NCBI GenBank assembly: GCA_963753715.1
Contig: CAVWDK010000010.1
Span: 61,564 to 125,563, forward strand
Direction: 5' to 3'
Length of the DNA: 64,000 nt
Source: an uncultured Acidobacteriaceae bacterium
GTDB lineage: Bacteria; Acidobacteriota; Terriglobia; Terriglobales; Acidobacteriaceae
The notes under the pieces are model-generated. The model was not told the origin of the DNA and ran no database searches. It saw nothing but the letters and a program-made list of their open reading frames with translations. The translations under genes and the position numbers were made by a program. Shown here piece after piece: positions 20,193 through 29,956 of this stretch; the stretch's first letter is position 1; every line of letters starts with the position of its first letter.

Positions 20193-20531
20193 ATGTATCA
20201 AGCCCAACTCCTCCCCGGGACCCTCGATCTGCTGATTCTGAAGGCGGTTTCGCTCGGTCCTCTTCATGGCTACGGCGTACTGCTGCGCATCGCGCAAATC
20301 ACGGACAGCGCGTTGCTGGTAGAGCAAGGGGCACTTTACCCGGCTTTGTTTCGCCTGGTGCGGCAGGGACTTCTGAAAGCCAGTTGGGGAGTCTCGGATA
20401 ATAATCGCCGGGCGAAGTTCTATGAGCTCACCGCCGCGGGCCGTAAGCGATTCCGTGAAGAGACCGAAGGCTGGAATCGGCTGTCCACAGCCATGACTGC
20501 TGCCCTTGCCGCACGGCCGGAGGAGATATGA
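20193..20531 (+). CDS. PadR family transcriptional regulator
   Basis: 112-aa ORF with GGAGG upstream and the winged-helix signature 'LDLLILKAVSLGPLHGYGVLLRI...GALYPALFRLVRQGLL'. Its stop overlaps the start of the downstream permease (ATGA). Confidence 0.9.
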   Translation: MYQAQLLPGTLDLLILKAVSLGPLHGYGVLLRIAQITDSALLVEQGALYPALFRLVRQGLLKASWGVSDNNRRAKFYELTAAGRKRFREETEGWNRLSTAMTAALAARPEEI

Positions 20532-23195
20532 ATTTCCCCTCCTACCTTCGCTCCCTTGCCGCCAGATTCCTTCATCGTTCCGAGGTTGCCGAAGATATGG
20601 AAGAGGAGCTTCGCTCTCACATCCAATATCGGGCAGACGATCTGGAACGCTCCGGCATTGACCGCGCTCAAGCAGAGCGACAGGCTCGCATCGAGTTTGG
20701 AGCCCGTGAGCGATTCAAAGAGGAATGCCACCAGGCCATGGGTGGTCATTTCTTTGAAACGCTGGTGCAGGATGTGCGGTTCGCTGTCCGCGTGCTGCGC
20801 AAATCCACGGGGTTTCACTTTCGCCGCCGTGGTGACGTTGGCGCTGGCCATCGGCGCCAACGCCGTGGTCTTTGGCATTATGGATGGACTGCTCCTGCGA
20901 CCGCTGAACGTGCCTCAGTGGGAGACCCTTTGGGGAACCGATGTACGGGACCAGTCCCGGTTGGCAGTCATACCCCAACTATGTCGATCTGCGCGATCGC
21001 AATCGCAGCTTCGAGGATCTGGCCGCCTTCAACTTCGCCTTTACAGCGATGGAAACAGGCAAGGATCTCGCCATCGCTAACGGCTTTGCGACCAGCGGAA
21101 ACTACTTCGACGTGCTGCGGATTCACCCGTATCTCGGCCAGGTCTTCCACGCCTCCGATGAGCACGGACCCAATAGCGCCCCCTATATCGTGCTTACCTA
21201 CGCCTATTGGCACACCCATTTCCAGGACGATCGAGGCGTGATCGGCCGGGTGGTCCAGTTGAACAAACATCCTTTCACTATCATTGGTGTAGCACCGCCG
21301 GACTTCCAGGGAACGTTGCTGTTCCTCTCTCCCGACTTCTTTATGCCCATCGTCAACCAGGCACAGGTGGATGGGGAGGATCTGCCTGAACGCCCGCGGC
21401 AGCGACCGCGGCGTTTTTGAGGTGATGGGACATCTAAAGCCGGGCGTCACTCCAGCCCAGGCCGACTGCCGACATGAACGCGGTCGGGGCGTATCTCGAA
21501 AAAACCTACCCGAAAGAATTCGCTCATCAAAATTCTTCCCTGGCTCACGAAGGCCTCACTTCTTTCACCGGTCCGCGGCGAGCGCATTCGTTGCGGGATT
21601 GATGCTGCTGTCCGGCTTGATTCTGCTGGCGGCGTGCGCCAACCTGGGCAGCCTGTTTGCGGCTCACGCTGCCGATCGCTCGCGCGAAGTGGCACTTCGG
21701 CTCGCGCTTGGATCAAGCCGCAATCGCATCCTGCGGCAATTGTTGACGGAAGCGGTGCTGATTTCGATCGCCGGGGGCGCTCTGGGACTGCTGGGCAGCG
21801 TCGTGCTGTTGCGCCGGCTGAGCACATGGCAACCCTTTGCCGGGGCTCCTAGTCCATATGCCGGTAAGCCCGGACGCAAGACTCTACGTGGTGGCACTGG
21901 TTCTGGCTTTGGTGAGCGGATTCCTCTTCGGCATTGTTCCGGTGCGCCAGGTGCTGCGGGCCAATCCGTACGAGATTGTCAAAGCGGGATCGAGCGGCAG
22001 CAGGCTTGGGCGCCGGATCACCGTCCGCGACATGCTGCTGGTCCTGCAGATTGCGATCTGTGCCGTGCTGGTTACCTCTTCTTTGGTCGCCGTGCGTGGG
22101 CTTGTGCGCTCGCTGCACAGCAATTTCGGTTTTGATCCGCGGAACACGATGCTGGTCAGTACAAACCTGACCATGGCGGGTTACAGCATTGACCAGGTGC
22201 CCGCCATGCAGAAGCGCATGATCGAAGCTATGGAGACGATCCCCGGCGTCGAGCATGCGGGATTGGTGAATGACTACCCTCCGTTGGTCTATACCGCCGG
22301 CAGTAAGGCAAACATCTTCAAGGATGAAACCGCGGATCTGCGATTGTCGAATGTCGCGGCCATGCCGTTCAGATACAACGTTTCTCCTGGATACTTCGCT
22401 GCCGCCGGCTACAACCTTATTGGCAGGCAGGAGTTTCTACCTGGCATGACGACAAAAGCGCGCCTCCGGTTGCGGTCGTGAATCGCGACTTTGCCGGCAA
22501 GATGTTCGGCTCGGTCAGCAACGCGATCGGCCGTTATTACAAGCTGCTGGACGGAACGCGGGTTCAGGTGGTGGGCGTGGTCGAAAACGGAAAATATTCG
22601 GTCATTACCGAAGATCAACAGCCGGCGATGTTTCTCCCATTTCTGCAATCGCCATCGAGTCAGGCGTATCTCATGGTGCGTTCCCACCGCGATCCGCAAC
22701 AACTCGCTGCGGCCATGAGAAGCAGACTACGCGAGCTTGATTCAGGACTACCCGTTGACACCAAGACGTGGAGCACTTTGCTGGCCGTGGTTCTATTTCC
22801 CTCGCGTGTGGCGACGATGTCGTTGGGAGTAATGGGCATGATGGGCGCGATGCTGTCGATCACCGGCATCTTTGGCATGGCGGCGTACTCGGTCAGCAAG
22901 CGGCTGCGGGAGTTTGGCATCCGCGTGGCGCTCGGCGCACAACGGACGGAGGTCCTGCAGGCGGCGCTTGGGACGCGCCATCAAATTGCTGGCGATTGGT
23001 TCGGCGACAGGGTTGGTCCTCGGACTTCTGGCGACGCGGGTGCTGGCTTCCATCGTGTATCAGGCAACTCCCCGCGACCCGCTCGTATTGGCTGGTGCTG
23101 TGCTCGCGATGGCGCTGTTGGGGCTGCTGGCCACATGGATTCCAGCGCAGCGCGCATTGTCGGTGGATCCGATGATGCTGCTGCGTGAAGAGTGA
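20528..23195 (+). pseudogene. ADOP family duplicated permease, broken by at least nine frameshifts
   Basis: ADOP-like sequence runs from the permease-prefix N-terminus through 'GFTFAAVVTLALAIGANAVVFGIMDGLLLRPL' and two FtsX blocks to 'IPAQRALSVDPMMLLREE*'. It is recoverable only by switching frames near 20815, 20940, 21385, 21465, 21575, 21845, 22405, 22430 and 22968. The ORF-track pieces are 20528-21241, 20556-21080, 20941-21420, 21371-22135, 21837-22481, 22478-23188 and 22872-23195. Confidence 0.8.
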
Positions 23196-23212
23196 AGTGT
23201 AGAGGCTGAACC

Positions 23213-23872
23213 TCACTCCCACTTTATCTGGTCGAAGATGGCGCGCAGGCGTCTTCCCTTCTCTTTATGGATACTTTCCATGAAGCCTATGCGGCCCACC
23301 AGATGTTCCCGGAAATGAGGATGGGCTTCGCGATTCTGAGACTCCGGACCGTGGCGGACACAATTGGTGAGTATCGCCTTGAGCAAATCGAAATCGGACC
23401 GTCGTACATTGAGCCGCTGGTTGGTCACCAGTCCTGCAAGATGCTGGCGCACGGATTGACGCATGATGCGCGTCTTGCGGTGGTGAACGGAAAAGCCTTC
23501 CTCCTGCAAGATCACCGCAACCTGGGTGGCGAAACGATCCACAACACGATCGAATTTCTCTCCGCCGGAGAACGCCAGGTCGTCCGCATAGCGGGTGTAA
23601 GCAGCCCCAGCGGATCGAGCGAGCCCGCTCAGGCGGCAGTCGAGACGATAGCTGCAGAGATTCGCGAGTGAGGGGGATGTCGGCGCGCCTTGCGGCAGGT
23701 GAGGGCGAGCGTACATGGCTCGTATGTGCCATAGCTCCTGCGGATCGAGCGCAAAGCCTGGTTGCTCGATCATCTCGCTCCAAGTAGCGCGAGGCACGCA
23801 ATTGGTCGCGATCCCGCCGAGCAGGTCGGCCACCGGCTCCGGATAGCCGAGGGTCCGGAAGAAGCTTTGCAC
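23213..23872 (-). pseudogene. Retron-type reverse transcriptase, 5'-truncated remnant
   Basis: The 219-aa ORF has 'HLPQGAPTSPSLANL' (motif B), 'YTRYADDLAFSG' (motif C, YADD) and 'HLAGLVTNQRLNV' (retron VTG-like region). Motifs 1-2 are missing. A possible motif A ('VTIIDRE') lies just upstream in a different frame, and an in-frame TAG sits 9 codons upstream of the ORF start. Only about 160 nt separate it from the stop of the upstream gene. Confidence 0.7.
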
Positions 23873-24031
23873 CCGCGCTCCAGGAAAGGCGGGGTTCTAG
23901 CTGGGACTTCGCGGTCGATGATGGTCACGGAGGATCCGGAGCATGCCTGGCTTCGATCAAGATGGAAACAGACGGACGAACGGCTCCCGCTGGTGCGTAT
24001 TGACGGCTCGCAACTAAGCGCTTAGTATTAC

Positions 24032-24835
24032 TCAACCCTGGTTGACTCGGATGACAGCTACCGTCGCGTCGTCGGTCTGGTTTGCGTGGGAAAACGTATC
24101 CATCGACCGGATGATGGCCTCGACCGTGTCGTCAGCGGACTTCGCATCGCTCCCGGTGGCTGCAATCCGGAGCCCCTCGGTACCCCATTCGCAATGAGAC
24201 GGGTTCAGGGACTCGATCACTCCATCTGTATAGGCAACGATCAGGTCGCCAGAACCAAGCTGAACCGAACCCTCCTCATAGACCGAATCAGGAAACAACC
24301 CGACAGGCGCACCCCCCGTCTTGAGCCAAACAATGGAACCATCTGGTCGAATCACCATGGGAGGATTGTGCCCGGCATTGACGTAGTGGAACGTGCGTGT
24401 TGCTTCGTCAACAACGCCATAAAAGAGGGTCGCATACCGGGATGCCAGTGAGGAGCCATAGACCTGACGATTCACCGCCTCGAGCGCCATAGCCAGGTTG
24501 CTGCCAGCAAACAAAGTTGCCGTGCGCAGGGACGATTGAACATTCGAGATCATCAACGCCGCAGCGAAGCCCTTGCCGGACGCATCCCCAATGGCCACCG
24601 CCAACCCATTCCCGGGGAGGGTAACGAAGTTATAAAAATCGCCGCCTACTTCGCCCATCTGCCTGCACTGTCCGCTGTAGTCCAGCGAATCGATGCATGG
24701 CCCCGCATGCTGCAGGAATCGCTGTTGCACCTCGAAGGCAGCTAACCAGTCACCGGCGGGCTCCAATACGACCGCATCTGTCGCCATCTCTCCACCTCTG
24801 TATTCTTGTCGATCCACAAGGTGGAATTTCGACAT
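24032..24835 (-). CDS. PP2C-type (SpoIIE family) protein phosphatase, stand-alone catalytic domain
   Basis: 267-aa ORF with 'GDFYNF', 'GDASGKGFAAALMISNV', 'YVNAGHNPP' and 'AYTDGVIES', the SpoIIE/PP2C motifs. Confidence 0.85.
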   Translation of the reverse strand: MSKFHLVDRQEYRGGEMATDAVVLEPAGDWLAAFEVQQRFLQHAGPCIDSLDYSGQCRQMGEVGGDFYNFVTLPGNGLAVAIGDASGKGFAAALMISNVQSSLRTATLFAGSNLAMALEAVNRQVYGSSLASRYATLFYGVVDEATRTFHYVNAGHNPPMVIRPDGSIVWLKTGGAPVGLFPDSVYEEGSVQLGSGDLIVAYTDGVIESLNPSHCEWGTEGLRIAATGSDAKSADDTVEAIIRSMDTFSHANQTDDATVAVIRVNQG

Positions 24836-24945
24836 CGCCGATTTTTTTTAAAATGCGTGATCTCCATGTCGAGAAACCGGCACTGGCTCCGACTCTCTTA
24901 CAAAAGCGCAATAAAATTGGCGCTAAAACGAGAGGAGCAAAATAA

Positions 24946-25341
24946 ATGAAGTACATCTTGCTGATGACCGGCACGACAGAGGGTGTCAACGCGTATAAGG
25001 CGTGGTCGGAGAAGGACATCCAGACACACTTTGCCCATTTGACCAAGTTTCGGAACGATTTGAGCAAATCCGGCGAGTTCGTGGCTACCGAAGGCCTGGG
25101 CATGCCGCAACAGGCCAAGGTGGTGCGGGCGGGAAAGGACTACGCGCCGATCACCGATGGGGTCTTTCCCGAGGCCAAGGAATTTGTTTTAGGCTACTGG
25201 ATTGTCGACGTCGAGACTGCGGAAAGAGCCTATGAGATTGCCGCGCTGCTTTCGGGGGGACCTGGCCCCGGAGGGACACGGTTGAACATGCCCATCGAAG
25301 TGCGGCAGATCATGAGTAGAGGTTCCGGAGAATTACCGTGA
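24946..25341 (+). CDS. YCII-related (YciI/DGPF family) protein
   Basis: 131-aa ORF with GAGGAG upstream and the 'MKYILLM...' N-terminus typical of the YCII fold. It overlaps the downstream sigma factor gene by 4 nt. Confidence 0.75.
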   Translation: MKYILLMTGTTEGVNAYKAWSEKDIQTHFAHLTKFRNDLSKSGEFVATEGLGMPQQAKVVRAGKDYAPITDGVFPEAKEFVLGYWIVDVETAERAYEIAALLSGGPGPGGTRLNMPIEVRQIMSRGSGELP

Positions 25342-26582
25342 GCGGTGAGTTGTTGGATTACAGCACCGAGCATCTGTTGCGTGAACTGGCGCCGCAGGTG
25401 CTCGGGGTGGTCGTTCGCCGTTTCCACGATTTCGCCAACGCCGAGGATGCCGTCCAGGAGGCGCTGATCGCGGCAGCGACTCAGTGGCCGAAGGAAGGCA
25501 TGCCTGACAATCCGCGTGCCTGGCTTATCCAGGTCGCTCTGCGCCGCATGACCGATCACCTGAGAAGCGAAATGGCTCGCCGACGCAGGGAAACTGCCCT
25601 GGCCGCTGAGGTTGACTACCTGGCGCCTGTAGCCGAAATCGACAGTCAGGTCGAGCAGGATGACACGCTCATTCTCCTCTTCATGTGCTGCCATCCAGCT
25701 CTTAGCCCGCCGTCGGCAATTGCTCTTACCCTGCGGGCCGTAGGTGGCTTAACCACGTCAGAAATCGCCAACGCGTTCCTGGTGCCCGAGGCAACCATGG
25801 CGCAGCGCATCAGCCGGGCGAAACAAAGCATCAAGTCTTCCGGAATACCCTTCCGCTTACCGACCGATCAAGAGCGGACACACCGGCTGGGCTCCGTTCT
25901 GCATGTGCTGTATCTGATTTTCAACGAGGGATATGTCGCCAGTGCCGGACCGCATGCGCAACGACTCGAGTTATCGGGCGAGGCGATACGGCTGACACGG
26001 GCCCTTCACCATTTGCTTCCCAACGACGGCGAGGTCGGCGGATTGCTGGCGCTCATGTTGTTGACAAACGCGCGCCGTAAGGCACGAACAGGAGCAAACG
26101 AGGAATTGATCCCGCTCGACAAGCAAGATCGAGCCTTGTGGGACCAAGGGGAAATCTCCCAAGGCCTTGCACTCATCACCGCGACGCTCTCCAAAGGGTC
26201 GATCAGCGCTTACCAGTTACAGGCTGCGATTGCCGCGGTTCATAGCGAAGCGGCGAAGGCTGAGGACACTGACTGGCCACAGATCCTGGCGCTGTATGAA
26301 CTGCTAAAGCACATGTCCAACAATCCCATGGTGATGCTGAATCATGCAATCGCAACGGCTATGGTCAGGGGCCCATCGGAGGGCCTGAGACTTTTGACCG
26401 TGCTGGATGAGGATGGCCGTCTAAAAGGCCATCATCGTCTCGATGCAGTTCGTGCTTACCTGCTGGAAACGGCTGGTGACCATTCGGGCGCAATTGCACA
26501 CTACCGATTGGCTGCTGAACGGACCACGAGTCTTCCGGAACGGAATTACCTTCTAACGCAGGTTGCGCGGTTATGCGAGTAG
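25338..26582 (+). CDS. Sigma-70 family (ECF-like) RNA polymerase sigma factor with a long C-terminal extension
   Basis: Region 2 ('AEDAVQEALIAAATQWPKEGMPDNPRAWLIQVALRRMTDHLR') and region 4 ('LRAVGGLTTSEIANAFLVPEATMAQRISRAKQSI') are followed by a helical domain of about 230 aa. The pairing with an upstream YCII gene is the usual arrangement for this family. Confidence 0.85.
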   Translation: MSGELLDYSTEHLLRELAPQVLGVVVRRFHDFANAEDAVQEALIAAATQWPKEGMPDNPRAWLIQVALRRMTDHLRSEMARRRRETALAAEVDYLAPVAEIDSQVEQDDTLILLFMCCHPALSPPSAIALTLRAVGGLTTSEIANAFLVPEATMAQRISRAKQSIKSSGIPFRLPTDQERTHRLGSVLHVLYLIFNEGYVASAGPHAQRLELSGEAIRLTRALHHLLPNDGEVGGLLALMLLTNARRKARTGANEELIPLDKQDRALWDQGEISQGLALITATLSKGSISAYQLQAAIAAVHSEAAKAEDTDWPQILALYELLKHMSNNPMVMLNHAIATAMVRGPSEGLRLLTVLDEDGRLKGHHRLDAVRAYLLETAGDHSGAIAHYRLAAERTTSLPERNYLLTQVARLCE

Positions 26583-26704
26583 GCATAGGGCGAAGTATCC
26601 CTGGTTCTCCCATCGAGCCGAAACATGGTGGTGATTGCCGCAAAGGGTGGCGTCGCAATTGCCCGCTCCCACCCATCGACGGGATGCCGGGCAGAAGCCG
26701 TTCC

Positions 26705-27127
26705 CTATCCTGTGTTGCTCCGTGGCGCCGGAGTTCCGTCGTCCAGCTCGAGCAGAATGCGCTTGAGACGAGTCTCTTCAAAGGAGTACTGACGGGCGTT
26801 GAGGAAGTCGTGCTTTGCTATCGAAGCGGCCATCTTCTTGATTGCGGTTTGGCGTTGGCTATTTAGCTCTGCGACAGTCACGGGAGTATAAGTCTCGCCC
26901 TCTGCTTCCGGTGTCGAGGGATTACGGTTGCGGGTCATGATCTTCGCTAGCCACATCATGCACGCTCCTTTTGCGATGCTGAAGAACTCCCCCAGGAAGA
27001 ATTTCAAAGGTTCGGGGCGTTCGCCCGCTCTTTGCTGAAAGACGGAAATCATTTCCTCCGAAAACTGGTTGCGAAAGTCCCCGGGATAGAGGAACAGTAA
27101 GCCGCGATATAAATCGACCACTCTCAT
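26705..27127 (-). CDS. Hypothetical protein co-transcribed with PadR
   Basis: 140-aa ORF starting immediately after the PadR stop. It has an N-terminal 'LYPGDFRNQFSEEMISVF' motif and one hydrophobic segment (GACMMWLAKIM). No permease domain follows. Confidence 0.55.
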   Translation of the reverse strand: MRVVDLYRGLLFLYPGDFRNQFSEEMISVFQQRAGERPEPLKFFLGEFFSIAKGACMMWLAKIMTRNRNPSTPEAEGETYTPVTVAELNSQRQTAIKKMAASIAKHDFLNARQYSFEETRLKRILLELDDGTPAPRSNTG

Positions 27128-27481
27128 TCAGGCCCCCTTGAGGCCCAGCCGCGTAGTTGCTGAGTGGAGCAGAAGGCGGAGCCGGACGATCTCAGCGTTA
27201 AGCTGCGCGCGGCCCCTGGCTGTCAGACGATAGGCCTGCTTCTCCCGCGATGTATCCTCCTGCTCGAAACGCTCGATCCATCGATCGTCGAGAAGCCGGC
27301 GAATTGCCCCGTAAAGGGTGCCGGTGCTGAGTTGAACGCGTCCATCGCTAAGTTCCTCTACGTCTTTGAGGAGAGCATAGCCGTGCTTGGGTGCGGATGC
27401 GAGACTGGTCAACATCAGCACGACAGGCTCACTGAGCGGCTTGGCATCCGTTACGACATGTCGCATAGTGACATGTTGCAT
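27128..27481 (-). CDS. PadR family transcriptional regulator
   Basis: 117-aa ORF with 'VVLMLTSLASAPKHGYALLKDVEELSDGRVQLSTGTLYGAIRRLLDDRWI'. Confidence 0.9.
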   Translation of the reverse strand: MQHVTMRHVVTDAKPLSEPVVLMLTSLASAPKHGYALLKDVEELSDGRVQLSTGTLYGAIRRLLDDRWIERFEQEDTSREKQAYRLTARGRAQLNAEIVRLRLLLHSATTRLGLKGA

Positions 27482-27529
27482 CGTGCAATATTGATTGTCA
27501 AGTGCCCTTGTGTTGCCGGACCGGTCTGG

Positions 27530-28471
27530 CTAGCAGCTGACACGTGGGCCAAGTTCGGCCGCGATCAGCTTGCGAAGCCACACCTGGGATGGATCGTCGT
27601 TTCTTTGGCGATGCCACACCATTCTCAAGGCGAAAGGCGGCAATCTGAGCGGTTCCGCGGTGGAGAGCAAATCGAGTCCTGCGCCAAAACTTTGAACCAC
27701 CGATTCCTGTATACACGCCACCAGATCACTCGACGCCACAGCGTGCAATACCGAAAGACAATGTGGAAGCGCCAGCCTGAGGCGTCGCCGAAGCCCTCTC
27801 GCCGCCAGTTCGTTGTCGATGAGTCCCCAGGGCTGATTGCGATAGATCACCGCCGCATGGTCCAGCCGTGTAAACCTTTCGAGCGTTAGCCTGCGCTTCC
27901 ACACTGGGTGTCCGCGTCGTGCGATCACCACGTTGTTCTCTTCAGAGAGCGTCTCCACGATGAAGCTCGACGAAAGATACCGCGCATCCGGGAAGTAGCC
28001 GATCGCAAGATCAATTGTCCCGTTACGGAGTTCACCTTCGGGAACAGTAAAAAGCCAATCGAGGCGACGGGTCTGCATTTGCAGGTCTCCCGAAGTCATG
28101 GCACGGGCAAATAGCGGAACCAGTCGCAGTTCCACATCGTCACTGAGCCCGATGCGGAATTGTTGCGCGGCGGTCGACGGATCAAAGCTTTGGGGAGCTT
28201 CAAAGGTCCGCCGAAGCTGAGCCAGGGCCGATCGTATCGGACCCGCAAGCCTCTCCGCCTGCGGGGTCGGTACCATGCCCTGCGCGGTGCGTACAAACAG
28301 AGGATCTTCCAGGCGAGCGCGCAGCCGCGCGATCGCGTTACTGAAGGCCGGTTGACTCAACCCAACTCTTTTGGCCGCCCGGCCAACATGCCGCTCGTCC
28401 ACCAGCGCCTCGAAGGCGAGCAGGAGATTCAGATCAATCCCGCTGATATTCACACAGCAAATAATACACAT
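27530..28471 (-). CDS. LysR family transcriptional regulator
   Basis: The N-terminal HTH is 'IDLNLLLAFEALVDERHVGRAAKRVGLSQPAFSNAIARLR', followed by a LysR substrate-binding domain. It is divergent from the hydrolase gene. An alternative GTG start lies at about 28453. Confidence 0.9.
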   Translation of the reverse strand: MCIICCVNISGIDLNLLLAFEALVDERHVGRAAKRVGLSQPAFSNAIARLRARLEDPLFVRTAQGMVPTPQAERLAGPIRSALAQLRRTFEAPQSFDPSTAAQQFRIGLSDDVELRLVPLFARAMTSGDLQMQTRRLDWLFTVPEGELRNGTIDLAIGYFPDARYLSSSFIVETLSEENNVVIARRGHPVWKRRLTLERFTRLDHAAVIYRNQPWGLIDNELAARGLRRRLRLALPHCLSVLHAVASSDLVACIQESVVQSFGAGLDLLSTAEPLRLPPFALRMVWHRQRNDDPSQVWLRKLIAAELGPRVSC

Positions 28472-28473
28472 TA

Positions 28474-28502
28474 CCTATATCCATTTCTCAAATGTATATA
28501 GG
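28474..28502. promoter_or_regulatory. Candidate LysR operator (inverted repeat CCTATAT-N15-ATATAGG) in the divergent intergenic region
   Basis: CCTATAT (28474-28480) and ATATAGG (28496-28502) are exact reverse complements. They lie in the 49-bp AT-rich spacer between the LysR gene and the serine hydrolase gene. Confidence 0.4.
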
Positions 28503-28520
28503 GTGGGCTATACCAGGATC

Positions 28521-29924
28521 ATGCTCAAGTGCGTCGCCATCACGCTCCTGTTCCTCTCCGCGGTTGCTTTCCCTGGCGCAGCCGCTCCCGACAGTGCCGC
28601 CCTTCAGGTCTTCAGGCAATGGCTGGAGGCGTTCAACTCCGGAGACGCCGCCAGGACTTCTGCTTTCTGGCGTAAGTATGGCCATGCCGGGGAAGACCGT
28701 TCCGCGGATGACCTGCGCCTGCGGGAGATGACGGGAGGGATGACGATCTCCAAGGTCGAAGAGGACACTGCGATGCACGTCGTGGTGCTTATGAAGGAAG
28801 GCCGCGGCAGTTATTCCGAATCGACCCTGGAATTGGAAACTGCAAATCCTCCGGTAGTGGCACGCATCGGTGGTCATCCAGTCCCAGCGCCGCAAAGCAC
28901 AGGTCATCCAGCTTCGAGCGATGAGGACCTGGCAACGAGAGTGCAGGAGCATATCGCAGAAACGGGCGGAACGTTCTCGGGAGCGGTCCTCATCGCGCAT
29001 TACGGCAAGGTTGTTCTCGATCAAGCCTGGGGTATGGCCGATCGCGAGCGGCAGATCGGTAACACTACTGACACCCAGTTCTGCCTGGGCTCCATGAATA
29101 AGATGTTCACCTCGATTGCGATTTTGCAACTTGTAGGCCAGGGGAAGCTCGCGCTCGATAAGCCGATTGCAACCTACTGGCCCGATTACCCCAACCGGGA
29201 CCTTGCTTCCCGGGTGACCATTCGCGAGTTGCTAAGTCATAGCGGAGGCACGGGAGACATCTTCACCCCGGAATATGACGCGCATCGCCTGGAGACTCGA
29301 ACGCTCGCGGACTACGTCAAGCTGTTCGGAACTCGCCCAGTTCGCTTCGAACCTGGCACGCGCATGGAGTATTCCAATTACGGTTTCATCCTGCTGGGGC
29401 GCCTGATCGAGCTGGTGAGCGGCGAGTCATATGAGAGCTATGTGCGAGAGCACGTTTTTATGCCAGCCGGCATGCTGCACACGGACTCCCGCCCGGAGAT
29501 CGATCGAGTAGCAGGGCGGGCCATTGGCTACACCCACGGGCGGAACGGACTCGTGCCGAACACAGCTACGATGCCCTGGAGCGGAACCTCAGCCGGTGGA
29601 GGGTACTCCACGGTTCATGATCTGCTGCGGTTCGCGGACGCGCTGCAAACAGGTAAGCTGCTAAATCGTGACCTTCTGCGGATGGCCACCACGGGAGATA
29701 CAATGCACCCGCGGTACGGCCTTGGTTTTTATGTACTGAGCGGCGGGGGCTTTGGACATGGCGGAGGAGCGCCGGGGATTAACGGCGAACTGCACATCCT
29801 GCCCCAGAACGGCTACGTGCTTGTGGCTCTGGTTAACCGCGATCCGCAGATGGCTTCCGACATGGTGGACTGGATCACCTCCATCCTGCCCCGCAATGAT
29901 CGCCATGCGATCGGTAACACATAG
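28521..29924 (+). CDS. Serine hydrolase (beta-lactamase/transpeptidase-like) with an N-terminal NTF2-like domain, secreted
   Basis: It has a signal peptide (MLKCVAITLLFLSAVAFPGAAA), an SxxK motif 'SMNKMFT' and 'YSNYGF'. The ORF is open from 28371, but that region overlaps the LysR gene. Confidence 0.8.
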   Translation: MLKCVAITLLFLSAVAFPGAAAPDSAALQVFRQWLEAFNSGDAARTSAFWRKYGHAGEDRSADDLRLREMTGGMTISKVEEDTAMHVVVLMKEGRGSYSESTLELETANPPVVARIGGHPVPAPQSTGHPASSDEDLATRVQEHIAETGGTFSGAVLIAHYGKVVLDQAWGMADRERQIGNTTDTQFCLGSMNKMFTSIAILQLVGQGKLALDKPIATYWPDYPNRDLASRVTIRELLSHSGGTGDIFTPEYDAHRLETRTLADYVKLFGTRPVRFEPGTRMEYSNYGFILLGRLIELVSGESYESYVREHVFMPAGMLHTDSRPEIDRVAGRAIGYTHGRNGLVPNTATMPWSGTSAGGGYSTVHDLLRFADALQTGKLLNRDLLRMATTGDTMHPRYGLGFYVLSGGGFGHGGGAPGINGELHILPQNGYVLVALVNRDPQMASDMVDWITSILPRNDRHAIGNT

Positions 29925-29956
29925 GCGGCGTAGTCTTGGTTTGATAGACTTTCGCG

